In this document: positions 52,110-61,261 of the stretch, in pieces
Layout of the letters: each line of letters opens with the position of its first letter
Position numbering within the stretch: the first letter of the stretch is position 1
Assembly: GCA_041496545.1 (NCBI GenBank)
Contig: JBGQET010000011.1
Span: 3,731 to 67,730 of the forward strand
Reading direction: 5' to 3'
DNA: 64,000 nucleotides
Source of the DNA: Candidatus Binatia bacterium
Lineage (GTDB): Bacteria; Desulfobacterota; Binatia; DP-6
Program-made: the position numbers and the translations under genes
Notes under the pieces: model-generated
What the model saw: the letters and a program-made list of their open reading frames with translations, nothing else
The model's database searches: none
What the model was told of the DNA's origin: nothing

Positions 52110-52714
52110 TGCGGATCGCACACGCCCGGCTCACCCTCGAGCTGCACGAGGTACGGCAGGCCGCGGGCGCGCCGCTTCTCCTGCTGCACGCGCTCGCCGG
52201 CTCGAGCGCCGACTGGGGCGGGGGCCCCGCGTGGCCGGGCGCGGTGTGGGCGCTCGATTTCTCGGGTCACGGCCGCTCCGAGCCCGTCGCCGGGGGCGCG
52301 TACACCGCCGAGTTGCTCGCCGGCGACGCCGACGCCGCGCTCGCGAAGATCGGCCCCGCCGCGGTAGCCGGGAAGGGTCTCGGCGCCTACGTCGCGCTGC
52401 TCGTCGCGGGCGCGCGCCCGGACGTGGTGCGCGCCGCGCTGCTTCTCCCGGGCGCAGGCCTCGCCGGCGGCGGCCCCGCGCCGTACCTCGACGCTTCGCC
52501 GGAGCCGCTCGAGATGACCGATCCCGCGCACACCTTTGAACGCGACGTGCGCCCGCCCGAGTACGCCGCGAGCTTCGCGCGCGCCGCCCGCCGGATACTC
52601 CTCGTCGAAGACGGCCCCGAGCCCCCGCCGTGGTGGAGGGCGGTCCGCCCACCCGGCGAGACCGTGGCGGCAACGGACGCCTTCTCCCGGCTGGCGGCCC
52701 GGGCGCGCGGCTGA
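52109..52714 (+). CDS. Short alpha/beta hydrolase-fold protein lacking the nucleophile Ser
   Basis: LLLLHAL, LDFSGHGRS, elbow GKGLG; TGATG overlap. Confidence 0.75.
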   Translation: MRIAHARLTLELHEVRQAAGAPLLLLHALAGSSADWGGGPAWPGAVWALDFSGHGRSEPVAGGAYTAELLAGDADAALAKIGPAAVAGKGLGAYVALLVAGARPDVVRAALLLPGAGLAGGGPAPYLDASPEPLEMTDPAHTFERDVRPPEYAASFARAARRILLVEDGPEPPPWWRAVRPPGETVAATDAFSRLAARARG

Positions 52715-52734
52715 GCGTCGGCCAGAGACCCGCG

Positions 52735-53331
52735 TCAGCCCCGTGCCCAGGCGAGCGCGTCTTCCAGGCGGTCGTTCCCCCAGAACAGCTCGCCGCCGAC
52801 GACGAGCGTCGGCGCGCCGAAGATCCCCAGCTCGACGGCGCGCTCCGTCTGCCGGCGCAGCATCTCTTTCGTCTCGGGCGCGCTCGCCCGCGCGATCGTC
52901 TCCTCCGCCGGCTGCCCGAGCCCTCTCAGGATCTCCCCGACGACCGTTGCCTCGCCGATCTCCCGATCCTCGACGAAGCTGGCGCGGTACACCGCGGCGA
53001 CGAACGCCGGACCCCAGGGAGCGTCCGCCCCGAGACACGCCACTCGCGCGGCCACGAGCGAGCCGCGCGGGAAGCGCGAGGGGCGGCGGAACGGCAACCC
53101 GTGCTTCGCGCACACGCGCTCCAGGTCGCGCCACATGTAGCGGCCCTTCACCGGATAGACGTTGAAGGGTGAGTCGTTCCAGCCCTGCGCCTGGAAGATG
53201 GGGCCGAGCAGGAACGGGCGCCACGCGAGCGCCACGCCCGCTTCACGCGCCAGACGCTCGACCCGGCTGGCGGCGGGATACGAGTAGGTGCTCGCGAACT
53301 CGAACCAGAACTCGACGGGCGCCGCGGCCAT
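52735..53331 (-). CDS. 2-hydroxychromene-2-carboxylate isomerase / DsbA-like (kappa GST)
   Basis: FEFASTYSY, WRPFLLG, GIFGAPT, FWGNDRL. Confidence 0.9.
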   Translation of the reverse strand: MAAAPVEFWFEFASTYSYPAASRVERLAREAGVALAWRPFLLGPIFQAQGWNDSPFNVYPVKGRYMWRDLERVCAKHGLPFRRPSRFPRGSLVAARVACLGADAPWGPAFVAAVYRASFVEDREIGEATVVGEILRGLGQPAEETIARASAPETKEMLRRQTERAVELGIFGAPTLVVGGELFWGNDRLEDALAWARG

Positions 53332-53390
53332 ACGGCGCGAGAGTGCCGGCGCGTGGAAGCTGGTGCAACCCGCGTGCCGCAATGGGTCGT

Positions 53391-54281
53391 TCAGCGGCCG
53401 AGCTTGCCGAGGATGCGGCTCACGAAGGCGTCGGAGATGCCGAGCCGCGTCTTCACCCTCGAGTAGAGCGCGAGCGCCGTCTTGTCGAGCCAGATGAGCG
53501 CGGCGGCGCGTGGACCGTCGCCCGGGCGGGCGCGGTAGTTGGTGGCGCGCGAGACGGCGTGCGGGTCGTCGTCGCGTGTATAGTAGTAGAGCGCGAGGCT
53601 CTTCCGCGTCACGCCGGGCGGGCACGCGAGCGCGTCCGGGTAGCCGTGGAAGGACGCGTCGGTCAGGTCGAAGACGACGGCGTGGTTCAGGAGCGGGCTC
53701 ACCTTCCGCACGCATCGTTTCATGCCGCGGTCCCAGAACTCGATCGCGCCGCGCCACTCGTCCTGCCAGCCTTCGTTCAGGAACAGGATCAGGTTCACGC
53801 GGCGGCGCCACCCCCGGTGGTAGTGGTGCATCGAGAAGTCAGTGTGCATGCGGAGGAAGCCGCCGCGCTCCGTCTGGTGCAAGCCGCCGCCCTCGAGCAG
53901 CGGGTCGGCCAGGAGGCCGGGGATGCCGGTGAGCGCCGACAGCCAGGCGCAGAAGGCGGGCGAGTTGAGCTCGTCGACCACGCGCCCGATGTGGGGCGGG
54001 AAGTCCCCCCGTTGCGAGCGGCCGAGCTTCCGCTCGTTGTAGTGCTTGTACTGGGTCCACGACCCGTCCCCGGGCCCCGGGAACTCGGCGACCACCCCGC
54101 GCACCACGGCGTCGTCCAGGAAGTCCGTCAGGTGGACGTGCGGGAACGGCTCGCCCCGGCGGTACTCCTCGACCAGCGCCGGCAGGCGGGTCTGCCAGCG
54201 GTCGTAGGGGAAGAGGCGTGTGGGGCTGCCGTCGCCCACCTCGGCGTGCTGCACGATGGACTCTCGTGCAGCACCGAGCAC
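53391..54281 (-). CDS. 2OG-Fe(II) oxygenase
   Basis: PFPHV, GGGLH, HTDF, SFHG, RKSLALYYY; start uncertain. Confidence 0.88.
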   Translation of the reverse strand: MLGAARESIVQHAEVGDGSPTRLFPYDRWQTRLPALVEEYRRGEPFPHVHLTDFLDDAVVRGVVAEFPGPGDGSWTQYKHYNERKLGRSQRGDFPPHIGRVVDELNSPAFCAWLSALTGIPGLLADPLLEGGGLHQTERGGFLRMHTDFSMHHYHRGWRRRVNLILFLNEGWQDEWRGAIEFWDRGMKRCVRKVSPLLNHAVVFDLTDASFHGYPDALACPPGVTRKSLALYYYTRDDDPHAVSRATNYRARPGDGPRAAALIWLDKTALALYSRVKTRLGISDAFVSRILGKLGR

Positions 54282-54322
54282 CCGGCGTCAAGCGCCAACG
54301 CCATGCGAGAGCGCGGAGGCTC

Positions 54323-55708
54323 TCAGGGCGCGGCGCAGCCGAGCATGCGCGCGCCGGAGCGCATCTCGCCGCCGACGGTGGCCTGCGAGCCGCCTCCGTC
54401 GAGGATGATCACGGTCACCGGGAACCGGCCGCGCCGGACCCGCAGCCGTCGCCGCGACGTCCCGGGGACGTGCACCGCGCGCGCCCTGGGACCGTACGTG
54501 TGCGCGCCGTGGACCTCGAACTCGCCGCCCGGTCCCCGCACGACGGTGCCGAGCGAGCTCGTTCCGTCGCCCCACCCGATCGAGGTGGAGAAGTTCGTGA
54601 GCCGCGCGAAGAACTCGTCCGAGGCGACGATGCTCGTGATGAGCTTCTCCGGGCTCGTGCCGCCGCGCAGCGCGCCGAGACCGGCGGCCACCTCGGAGGC
54701 GCCGGCCGCGCGGTCGAGGAACCGGCGGTAGAGGTCGTCGATGAGCTTCGAGCGCGCGGCATCGCTGGTGACGACGCCGAGCGCGACGTCGGAGCGCTTG
54801 ACGTTCGCGGTGAGCTGCGCCTGGAGCGCGGCGTGCGTCGGGGGGTCGATCGGTCGGCCGAGCACGGACTCGTACATCGCGTCGATGAAGCTCCCGTCGC
54901 TGCCGTCGGTGCGGGACACGTCGAAGTCGAAGGAGCCGAGGATCAGCGCCTCCAGATCGGGGGTGGGGAGACCCGCCATCATCAGGCTCACGCCGAAGCC
55001 GATCTCCGTGACGTCGGCCGGGCGGTGGAGGTATGCGGTGTACAGGCTGCGGACGAAATCGGCGCGGTACTCGAGGCTCGTCACGAGTATGGTCGCGAAG
55101 TCGCTGCGTGAGGTGCCGCCGTCGAGCGAGGCCAGCGAGTGCTCGAGGCTCACCGGGTCGGCGGGGCGGCCGAGGAGGTCGACGTAGGCCAGCTGCACGA
55201 AGCCCCGGTTGCCGCCGGGGTTGCCGTTCGGGTCGGCGTCGACGAACGACGCGACGGCGCCGCGGAAGCGCCGCCCCGCGGCGACCATCCGGCACGAGTG
55301 TGCCTTGAGCGGTCCGTCGGGGACGTCGACGTGTCCGTCGGCCGTGACCGCGAAGGAGCCCTGATCGCGCGACACGGCGGTGATGTACACGTGGAAGGTG
55401 AAGGCCCCCTCGTCGAGGTAGGTGTGGGCGCCGAAGACGTCGAAGCCGCCGCCGGTCCCCGGTCCCACGACGACGCCGTCGGAGGCGAGGCCGTCGCCCC
55501 AGTCGATGGTCGCGGCGTAGTCGCGGGCGGTGGCCGGCCCGGTGGCCGACGGGTCGTCGAACGATGCCACGCGCTCGACGAAGGGCGCGCCTTCGCCCGC
55601 GGTGAAGGTCGCCCCCGTCCCGCCCGCGCCGGCCGGCGCCGGCCGGACCAGGGCGAGCGCCAGGGCGGACACCCCCGTCACGACACACGATACCCACGTT
55701 CCGCGCAT
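54323..55708 (-). CDS. Secreted Ig/PKD-like + DUF4214 surface protein
   Basis: Signal peptide; IDWGDG...HTY twice; LY...LGR.AD repeats. Confidence 0.75.
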   Translation of the reverse strand: MRGTWVSCVVTGVSALALALVRPAPAGAGGTGATFTAGEGAPFVERVASFDDPSATGPATARDYAATIDWGDGLASDGVVVGPGTGGGFDVFGAHTYLDEGAFTFHVYITAVSRDQGSFAVTADGHVDVPDGPLKAHSCRMVAAGRRFRGAVASFVDADPNGNPGGNRGFVQLAYVDLLGRPADPVSLEHSLASLDGGTSRSDFATILVTSLEYRADFVRSLYTAYLHRPADVTEIGFGVSLMMAGLPTPDLEALILGSFDFDVSRTDGSDGSFIDAMYESVLGRPIDPPTHAALQAQLTANVKRSDVALGVVTSDAARSKLIDDLYRRFLDRAAGASEVAAGLGALRGGTSPEKLITSIVASDEFFARLTNFSTSIGWGDGTSSLGTVVRGPGGEFEVHGAHTYGPRARAVHVPGTSRRRLRVRRGRFPVTVIILDGGGSQATVGGEMRSGARMLGCAAP

Positions 55709-55786
55709 CACGTCCCCCGAGCGGGTGTATCGGCGGGGTGCCGGGTGGACTTGAGGTGGGCGGCCGAGGGTGGTCTCATCCGGGGC

Positions 55787-56500
55787 ATGAGCCTCCCGAC
55801 GGACCTCACCTCGTTCGCCGCCACCATCGTCCGCTTGGGCCGCGGCATCACGCGGCGCACCGACGCCGACCGGGCGCGCGAGCCCGCGCGGCTCCTCGAG
55901 CTCTGGGACTTCGAAGCCTGTCCCTACTGTCGAAAAGTTCGCGAGGTGCTCTCCGAGCTCGACCTCGACTACCTCGCCCATCCCGTGGCGCACGGAAGCC
56001 CGCGGCGTGCCGCGCTCGTCGCCCTCGGCGGCAAGACGCAAGCGCCGTATCTGGTCGACCCGAACACCGGCACGTCGCTCTACGAGTCCGACGACATCAT
56101 CGCCTACCTGGGGCGAACCTACGGCGCCGCGGAGCGGGTCGGGTGGCGGCTTCCCGTGCCGGGCTTCGTGAACGACGTCGACTCGATGCTCGCGAGCGCC
56201 GTTCGCCTGGGGCGCGGCGGGCGCTGCCGCGCGACCGGCGCCCGCGACGGCCTCCAGCCGCTCACCCTCTACAACATGGAAGGCTCACCGTACTGCCGGA
56301 AGGTCCGCGAGGCCTTGAGCGAGCTCGACCTCGAGCACGTGGTGCGCAACCTGCCGAAGGGGAGCCCCAAGCGGCACGAGCTGATCGAGCGGGGGGGCAA
56401 GATGCAGGTCCCCTACCTGATCGACCCCAACACCGGCCGGGAGATGTACGAGTCGGACGCCATCGTGGCGTACCTGCACGCCCAGTACGCGACCGCCTGA
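55787..56500 (+). CDS. Tandem glutaredoxin/GST-N domain protein
   Basis: Two repeats CPYC/SPYC-RKVRE.LSELDL...GGK.Q.PYL.DPNTG...YESD.I. Confidence 0.88.
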   Translation: MSLPTDLTSFAATIVRLGRGITRRTDADRAREPARLLELWDFEACPYCRKVREVLSELDLDYLAHPVAHGSPRRAALVALGGKTQAPYLVDPNTGTSLYESDDIIAYLGRTYGAAERVGWRLPVPGFVNDVDSMLASAVRLGRGGRCRATGARDGLQPLTLYNMEGSPYCRKVREALSELDLEHVVRNLPKGSPKRHELIERGGKMQVPYLIDPNTGREMYESDAIVAYLHAQYATA

Positions 56501-56542
56501 CGCGCGCTGGCCTCGGCCGCCCGGCGTTGCTATCAGACCCGC

Positions 56543-57751
56543 ATGATCGAGTGGAGTGAGCAGCATCTCCTCGTCCGCGACATGATGCGGAAGTTCATCG
56601 AGGCGGAGATCAAGCCGCGCCTCGAGGAGCTGGAGCACGGCGACACGCCGCCCTACGACATCCTCCGCAAGATGCTCGCGACCTTTGGGCTCGACGAGCT
56701 GGCCCGGCAGCGCTTCGCGCGTCAGATCGCGCGCGAGAAGACGGGGGAGCGCGCGGCCAAGAAGGAGGAGCGCGGAACCGAGGACATCGGCATGCAGCTC
56801 ATCCCCATCATCGAGCTCTGCCACTACTGTCCCGGGATGGTGACCGCACTCGGCGTCAGTGTCGGGTTGACGGCCGCCGCCATCCTCTCGCGCGGCACGA
56901 CCGCGCAGAAGGAGCGCTTCGCGCTGCCGCTCCTCACGCTGGAGAAGATCGGCGCCTGGGCCATCACCGAGCCGGGCTCCGGCTCCGACGCCTTCGGCGG
57001 GATGAAGTCGACGGCCCGCCGCGACGGCGACGACTACGTGCTGAACGGCAGCAAGACCTTCATCACCAACGGTCCCTACGCCGACACCATCGTCTTCATC
57101 TGCAAGCTCGACGACGGCGGCGACGCCAAGAACCGGAAAGTCCTCAGCTACATCCTCGACAAGGGGACGCCCGGCCTCACGCAGTCGAAGCCGATGCGGA
57201 AGATGGGCCTCCACTCCTCGCCCACCGGCGAGCTTTTCCTGGAGGACGTGCGCGTCGGCCGCGACCGTCTCATCGGCGAGACCGAGGAGGCGCCGGCGCG
57301 CTCGGCGGCCAAGGCGACGTTCTCGATGGAGCGCACGGGCGTGGCGGCGATGGCGCTCGGCATCGTCGAGCAGTGCCTCGCGCTCTGCGTGAGCTACTCT
57401 CGCACCCGCGTCCAGTTCGGGAAGCCGATCGGCGAGTTCCAGTTGATCCAGTTGAAGCTCGCCACGATGGAGGTCGCGCGGATGAACCTCCAGAACATCG
57501 TGTTCCGCCAGATCGAGACGGTGGCGGCGGGCAAGCAGTTGACGCTCGCCGAGGCGTCGGCGTGCAAGCTCTACGCGGCGCGGGCGGCGGTCGAGGTCGC
57601 GCTCGAAGCCGTGCAGCTCTTCGGCGGCAACGGCTACATGGCGGAGTTCCAGGTCGAGCAGCTCGCGCGCGACGCCAAGGTGCTCCAGATCTACGCCGGC
57701 ACCGACGAGATCCAGGTGTCGCAGATCGCCCGGAGCCTGCTCCAGGAGTGA
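56543..57751 (+). CDS. Acyl-CoA dehydrogenase
   Basis: AITEPGSGSD, NGSKTFITN, RVQFGKPI, QLFGGNGY, IYAGTDEIQ. Confidence 0.95.
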   Translation: MIEWSEQHLLVRDMMRKFIEAEIKPRLEELEHGDTPPYDILRKMLATFGLDELARQRFARQIAREKTGERAAKKEERGTEDIGMQLIPIIELCHYCPGMVTALGVSVGLTAAAILSRGTTAQKERFALPLLTLEKIGAWAITEPGSGSDAFGGMKSTARRDGDDYVLNGSKTFITNGPYADTIVFICKLDDGGDAKNRKVLSYILDKGTPGLTQSKPMRKMGLHSSPTGELFLEDVRVGRDRLIGETEEAPARSAAKATFSMERTGVAAMALGIVEQCLALCVSYSRTRVQFGKPIGEFQLIQLKLATMEVARMNLQNIVFRQIETVAAGKQLTLAEASACKLYAARAAVEVALEAVQLFGGNGYMAEFQVEQLARDAKVLQIYAGTDEIQVSQIARSLLQE

Positions 57752-57752
57752 G

Positions 57753-58319
57753 TCAGGCGCGCGTGGCGGAGGCCATCGCGCGCAACGAATCGGCGCGGAA
57801 GCGCTGCTGGAGGCGGCGCGCCAGCGGGTAGGCGAGCGTCGCCAGCACGCCGTGCGGCCGGGAGAAGGCCAGGATGTCGTACCAGACCTCGTCTTCGTCC
57901 CGGTGCCACTCGACCGTGAAGCGCTCCTCGCCGCGCTCCGCGTGCTCGGGCAGCGTACCGTAGGCGAAGCCGAATCGCTCGGCCTCGTCCACCACGTAGA
58001 CGATGCGCGCGGCGTTGAGCGACCACACGCCGAGCGCGCGCGTCAGCACCGCGACCGTCGTCCCGACCGCGATCGGCGCGTCGGGCCAGTGGAGGTCGAC
58101 CCACCCGAGCGCGAACATTCGCCACGTCCGGACCGCCGCGACGGCGCGCGCGAAGGTAGCCGCGCCCTCGCCCAGCCGGACCCGGGCGTGGTCGACGTCG
58201 TAGCCCGCGGGCGGTGTCGTCCGCGTGGCGCCGACGTCGGAGTACGAGAAGGGCAGGGGCGCCTGCGCGGCGACGAAGCGGCGGATCGTGGCCGCGTCAG
58301 GCCGGCCGAGCGCGTACAC
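57753..58319 (-). CDS. DUF1990 family protein
   Basis: FSYSDVGAT, GFAYGTLPEHAERGEERF, AFSRP. Confidence 0.9.
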   Translation of the reverse strand: MYALGRPDAATIRRFVAAQAPLPFSYSDVGATRTTPPAGYDVDHARVRLGEGAATFARAVAAVRTWRMFALGWVDLHWPDAPIAVGTTVAVLTRALGVWSLNAARIVYVVDEAERFGFAYGTLPEHAERGEERFTVEWHRDEDEVWYDILAFSRPHGVLATLAYPLARRLQQRFRADSLRAMASATRA

Positions 58320-58332
58320 GCGCGGCCGTCGG

Positions 58333-58803
58333 CTACGCGTCGCCCGCCGGCGGCGCGACGCCGCAGGCGACGCACCGGAACTCGCGCGCGCCGGCCGCAC
58401 GCCGCACCCAGATCTCCTCGCCGGCGCCGACCTCGCGGGCGCACGCGCCGCAGGTGGCCGGACGGTTCGCCACGACGCGTGTCCAGGTCGTCTCCGCGGG
58501 CTCCCGGAAGACGCGCTCGATCAGCTCGTCGACGCCCTCGGCGAGGTCGTTCAGCACGCCGCGGATGTCCTCGAAGACGCGGCGCGCGTCGGCACCCGTG
58601 GTCGGGCCGCAGTCCGCGGCCCGCGACCAGCGGCGCCAGTCGCGCGCCGCGTCGTGCGCGAACTCGCCGGCGTGCTCCGAGAGCCGCTCGGCGAACTTGC
58701 TCGCGTCGCGCGCCACGCGGCGGGCGAAGCGCTCGGCGGCGCGCCCGAGGTCGTCGAAGCCGCCGCGAGGCTCGTGGTCGTGGCCGCAGTGGGTGGTCGT
58801 CAT
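58333..58803 (-). CDS. Hypothetical protein: helical N-terminus + C-terminal Zn-ribbon
   Basis: AGGAG SD; ATGA overlap; CGAC...CVAC. Confidence 0.8.
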   Translation of the reverse strand: MTTTHCGHDHEPRGGFDDLGRAAERFARRVARDASKFAERLSEHAGEFAHDAARDWRRWSRAADCGPTTGADARRVFEDIRGVLNDLAEGVDELIERVFREPAETTWTRVVANRPATCGACAREVGAGEEIWVRRAAGAREFRCVACGVAPPAGDA

Positions 58804-59225
58804 GATGCGTTCTCCTTCCGGTGGGCGGCCGGCGTGCGCAGCCGGCCGATGCAGGTCGCACAGAGGAAGACGGGCGGGCCCGGACGGTCGCGGAGCCCCC
58901 GGTGGGCCTCGGCGCCGCTTGCGAGCGCCGTCTCGCAGCGCCCGCAAACTGCGCCGCGGTTCAGGATCAGCTCCTGCCAGCCGTAGACGTCGCTCAGCTC
59001 CTCCGCGCGGTGCGCGGAGCCGCCGAGGCCGCGCGAGCGCCGCGCGATCGCGAGGCTGTCCTCGACGATGTCCTCGACCAGGTCGAGCGCGCCCTCGAGC
59101 ACGTTGCGGACCAGCAGCGAGACCGGCGTCCGCCGCCGGCGCGCTTCGCGCTTCAGCGCCTCCTGGAGGTCGCCCGAGATCCGCGTGTGAAGCCAGCGCT
59201 CCTGGCGCAGGCGGTGGTGGCGCAT
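58800..59225 (-). CDS. Ribbon-helix-helix-like DNA-binding domain + Zn-ribbon protein
   Basis: WLHTRISGDLQEALKREARRRRTPVSLLVRNVL; CGRC...CATC. Confidence 0.8.
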   Translation of the reverse strand: MRHHRLRQERWLHTRISGDLQEALKREARRRRTPVSLLVRNVLEGALDLVEDIVEDSLAIARRSRGLGGSAHRAEELSDVYGWQELILNRGAVCGRCETALASGAEAHRGLRDRPGPPVFLCATCIGRLRTPAAHRKENAS

Positions 59226-59232
59226 GGTCTTT

Positions 59233-59260
59233 TTTGTATCACGTTGTGATACAGAGTCAA
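59233..59260 (-). promoter_or_regulatory. Promoter with perfect inverted-repeat operator
   Basis: TTGACT-16-TACAAA, 7 nt before ATG; TGTATCAC-GTT-GTGATACA at 59235-59253. Confidence 0.75.
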
Positions 59261-59414
59261 GACCCCTCGCGTTCGGCGTGATCAGCGACCTGCCCGTCCG
59301 GGCGCAGGTGCGCGGGTACCTCACGAAGGCAGCTCTTGCAACCCGCGTCCCACGTTGGGTCGAACATGAAGTGGTAGGCGGCTCGTGCGTCGGCCACCGG
59401 AACCGGACGCGGTG

Positions 59415-60341
59415 CTATCCCGCGCGCTCGAGCAGCGCGCGCGCCGCGGCTTCGACGCCGGCCGCGTCAAGGCCGTGGATGCGCAGCAGCTCGGGGTAGG
59501 GGGCGACCTCGGTGCAGAACACGTCGCGCACGCCGACCCGCGCGAGCCGTCCCGTGCCCAGCTCCGCCACCACCTCGGCCACCGCGCCGCCGAGCCCGCC
59601 GTGGATGGTGTGCTCCTCGACCGTCAGGAGCCGCCCCGTCTCCCGCGCCGCGCGCTCGATGGCGCGGCGGTCGAGCGGCTTCACGGTGTGGACGTTCAGC
59701 ACCCGCGCCGCGATGCCGTCGGCGGCGAGCGTCTCGTGGACGGCGAGCGCCGTCGCGACGGTGCTGCCCGTCGCGACGAGCGTCAGGTCCTTCCCCTCGC
59801 GCATGGTGACCGCTTCGCCGACGCGGAAGGGCGCGTCGTAGCCGTCGATCGGGGAGAGGAAGCCGAGCCGGATGTAGACCGGCCCCTCGGTCGTCGCCGC
59901 GGCGCGGACGGCGCGCATGCTCTCGCCCGGATCGGCGGGCGAGAGGAGCGTCAACCCGGGCACCGTGCGGAGGAGGGCGATGTCCTCGATCGCATGGTGC
60001 GTGGCGCCCCACGGACCCGCCTCCAGACCCGCGAACGGCGCCAGGAACTTGACGTTGTTCCGGTTGTAGGCGCAGTCGTCACGGATCTGCTCGAAGCCGC
60101 GCATGCTGACGAAGGGCGCCATGGCGAGGACGAAGGGCAGCATGCCGGCGTGCGCCAGCCCCGCCGCGACGCCCACCAGGTTCTGCTCGCTGATGCCGAG
60201 GTCGAAGTGGCGGTCGGGGAAGCGGGCGGTGAACGAGCCGATGGGGCCGAAGTCCTGGGTGCAGAGGACGACGTCGGGGTTCGACTCCGCCAGCTCGACC
60301 AGCACGTCGGCGGCGGACAGCGCGGTGAAGTAGCCGCTCAC
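59415..60341 (-). CDS. Transketolase C-terminal subunit
   Basis: GISEQN, GATHHAIED, GPVYIRLG, TVEEH..GGLG. Confidence 0.92.
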   Translation of the reverse strand: MSGYFTALSAADVLVELAESNPDVVLCTQDFGPIGSFTARFPDRHFDLGISEQNLVGVAAGLAHAGMLPFVLAMAPFVSMRGFEQIRDDCAYNRNNVKFLAPFAGLEAGPWGATHHAIEDIALLRTVPGLTLLSPADPGESMRAVRAAATTEGPVYIRLGFLSPIDGYDAPFRVGEAVTMREGKDLTLVATGSTVATALAVHETLAADGIAARVLNVHTVKPLDRRAIERAARETGRLLTVEEHTIHGGLGGAVAEVVAELGTGRLARVGVRDVFCTEVAPYPELLRIHGLDAAGVEAAARALLERAG

Positions 60342-61150
60342 CGGACCGCTTCCAGCGCGGCGAGCGTGGCGCGTGCCTCGTCCTCGGTGAGCGTCGTGTA
60401 GTGCGCGCGCGACGTCCCCTCGACGCCGGGCACGCCCTTGCCCTTCACCGTGTGGGCGACGATCGCCGTCGGGCCCTGCGCGGCGGGCACCGCTTCCAGC
60501 GCCGCGACGATCGCGCGCATGTCGTGGCCGTCGATCTCGCGCACGTTCCAGCGGAACGCGCGCCACTTGTCGGCGAGCGGCTCGAGCGGCATGACGTCGT
60601 CCACCGCGCCGCCCGCCTGGAAGCGGTTGTAGTCGACGATGGCGACCAGGTGCTCGAGGCCGAAGCGCGGCGCCGAGAGCGCCGCTTCCCAGACCGTGCC
60701 CTCCTGCAGCTCGCCGTCGCCGAGGAGCACGACCGTCCGCGCGCCCGTCTTCCGATGCTGCTCGGCCATCGCGATGCCGACACCGACCGAGAGCGCGTGC
60801 CCGAGCGAGCCGGTGGCGAACTCGACGCCGGGTGCGCGGAGGGTCGGGTGCCCGCCGAGCCGGCTCCCGGACATGCCGCAGCTCGACAGCTCCGCGGCGT
60901 CGATCTTCCCCATCTCGACCAGGCAGGCGTGGAGCGCGTGCACGGCATGCCCCTTGCTGAGCAGGAAGTGGTCGCGCGGTCGCGCGCCGTCTTCCAGACG
61001 GAGCCAGTGGAAGAAGAGCGCGGCCATGAGATCGGCGCACGACATCGCGCCGCCGAGGTGGGCGAACTGCGCCGCCGCCACGGTCACGACGTGGCGTCGG
61101 AGGACGGCGGCGCGGCGTTCGAGGGCGCGGACGGTGGCGGGGTCGACCAT
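60338..61150 (-). CDS. Transketolase N-terminal subunit
   Basis: HLGGAMS, LSKGHA, TGSLGH, GDGELQEG, TVKGKG. Confidence 0.93.
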   Translation of the reverse strand: MVDPATVRALERRAAVLRRHVVTVAAAQFAHLGGAMSCADLMAALFFHWLRLEDGARPRDHFLLSKGHAVHALHACLVEMGKIDAAELSSCGMSGSRLGGHPTLRAPGVEFATGSLGHALSVGVGIAMAEQHRKTGARTVVLLGDGELQEGTVWEAALSAPRFGLEHLVAIVDYNRFQAGGAVDDVMPLEPLADKWRAFRWNVREIDGHDMRAIVAALEAVPAAQGPTAIVAHTVKGKGVPGVEGTSRAHYTTLTEDEARATLAALEAVR

Positions 61151-61261
61151 CGGGAGGTTCGGGTTCTAGCGCCGGCCGGGGCGGAGGGGAAGGACTCGCC
61201 GGGTGGCTTCGGCGCACCGCGTCTTGCGACGGCTTCGTCGGCCGGGATAGGTTGCCGCCCG

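Noticed and set aside
27991-52121. Long ORFs 27991-30561, 42640-46503 and 48507-52121 as fusion proteins
   Set aside because: The extensions are off-frame or antisense to well-supported genes and read as Arg/Pro/Ala-rich shadow translation
59415-61150. Split transketolase as a broken gene
   Set aside because: Two-subunit transketolases are an established family; clean GTGA overlap
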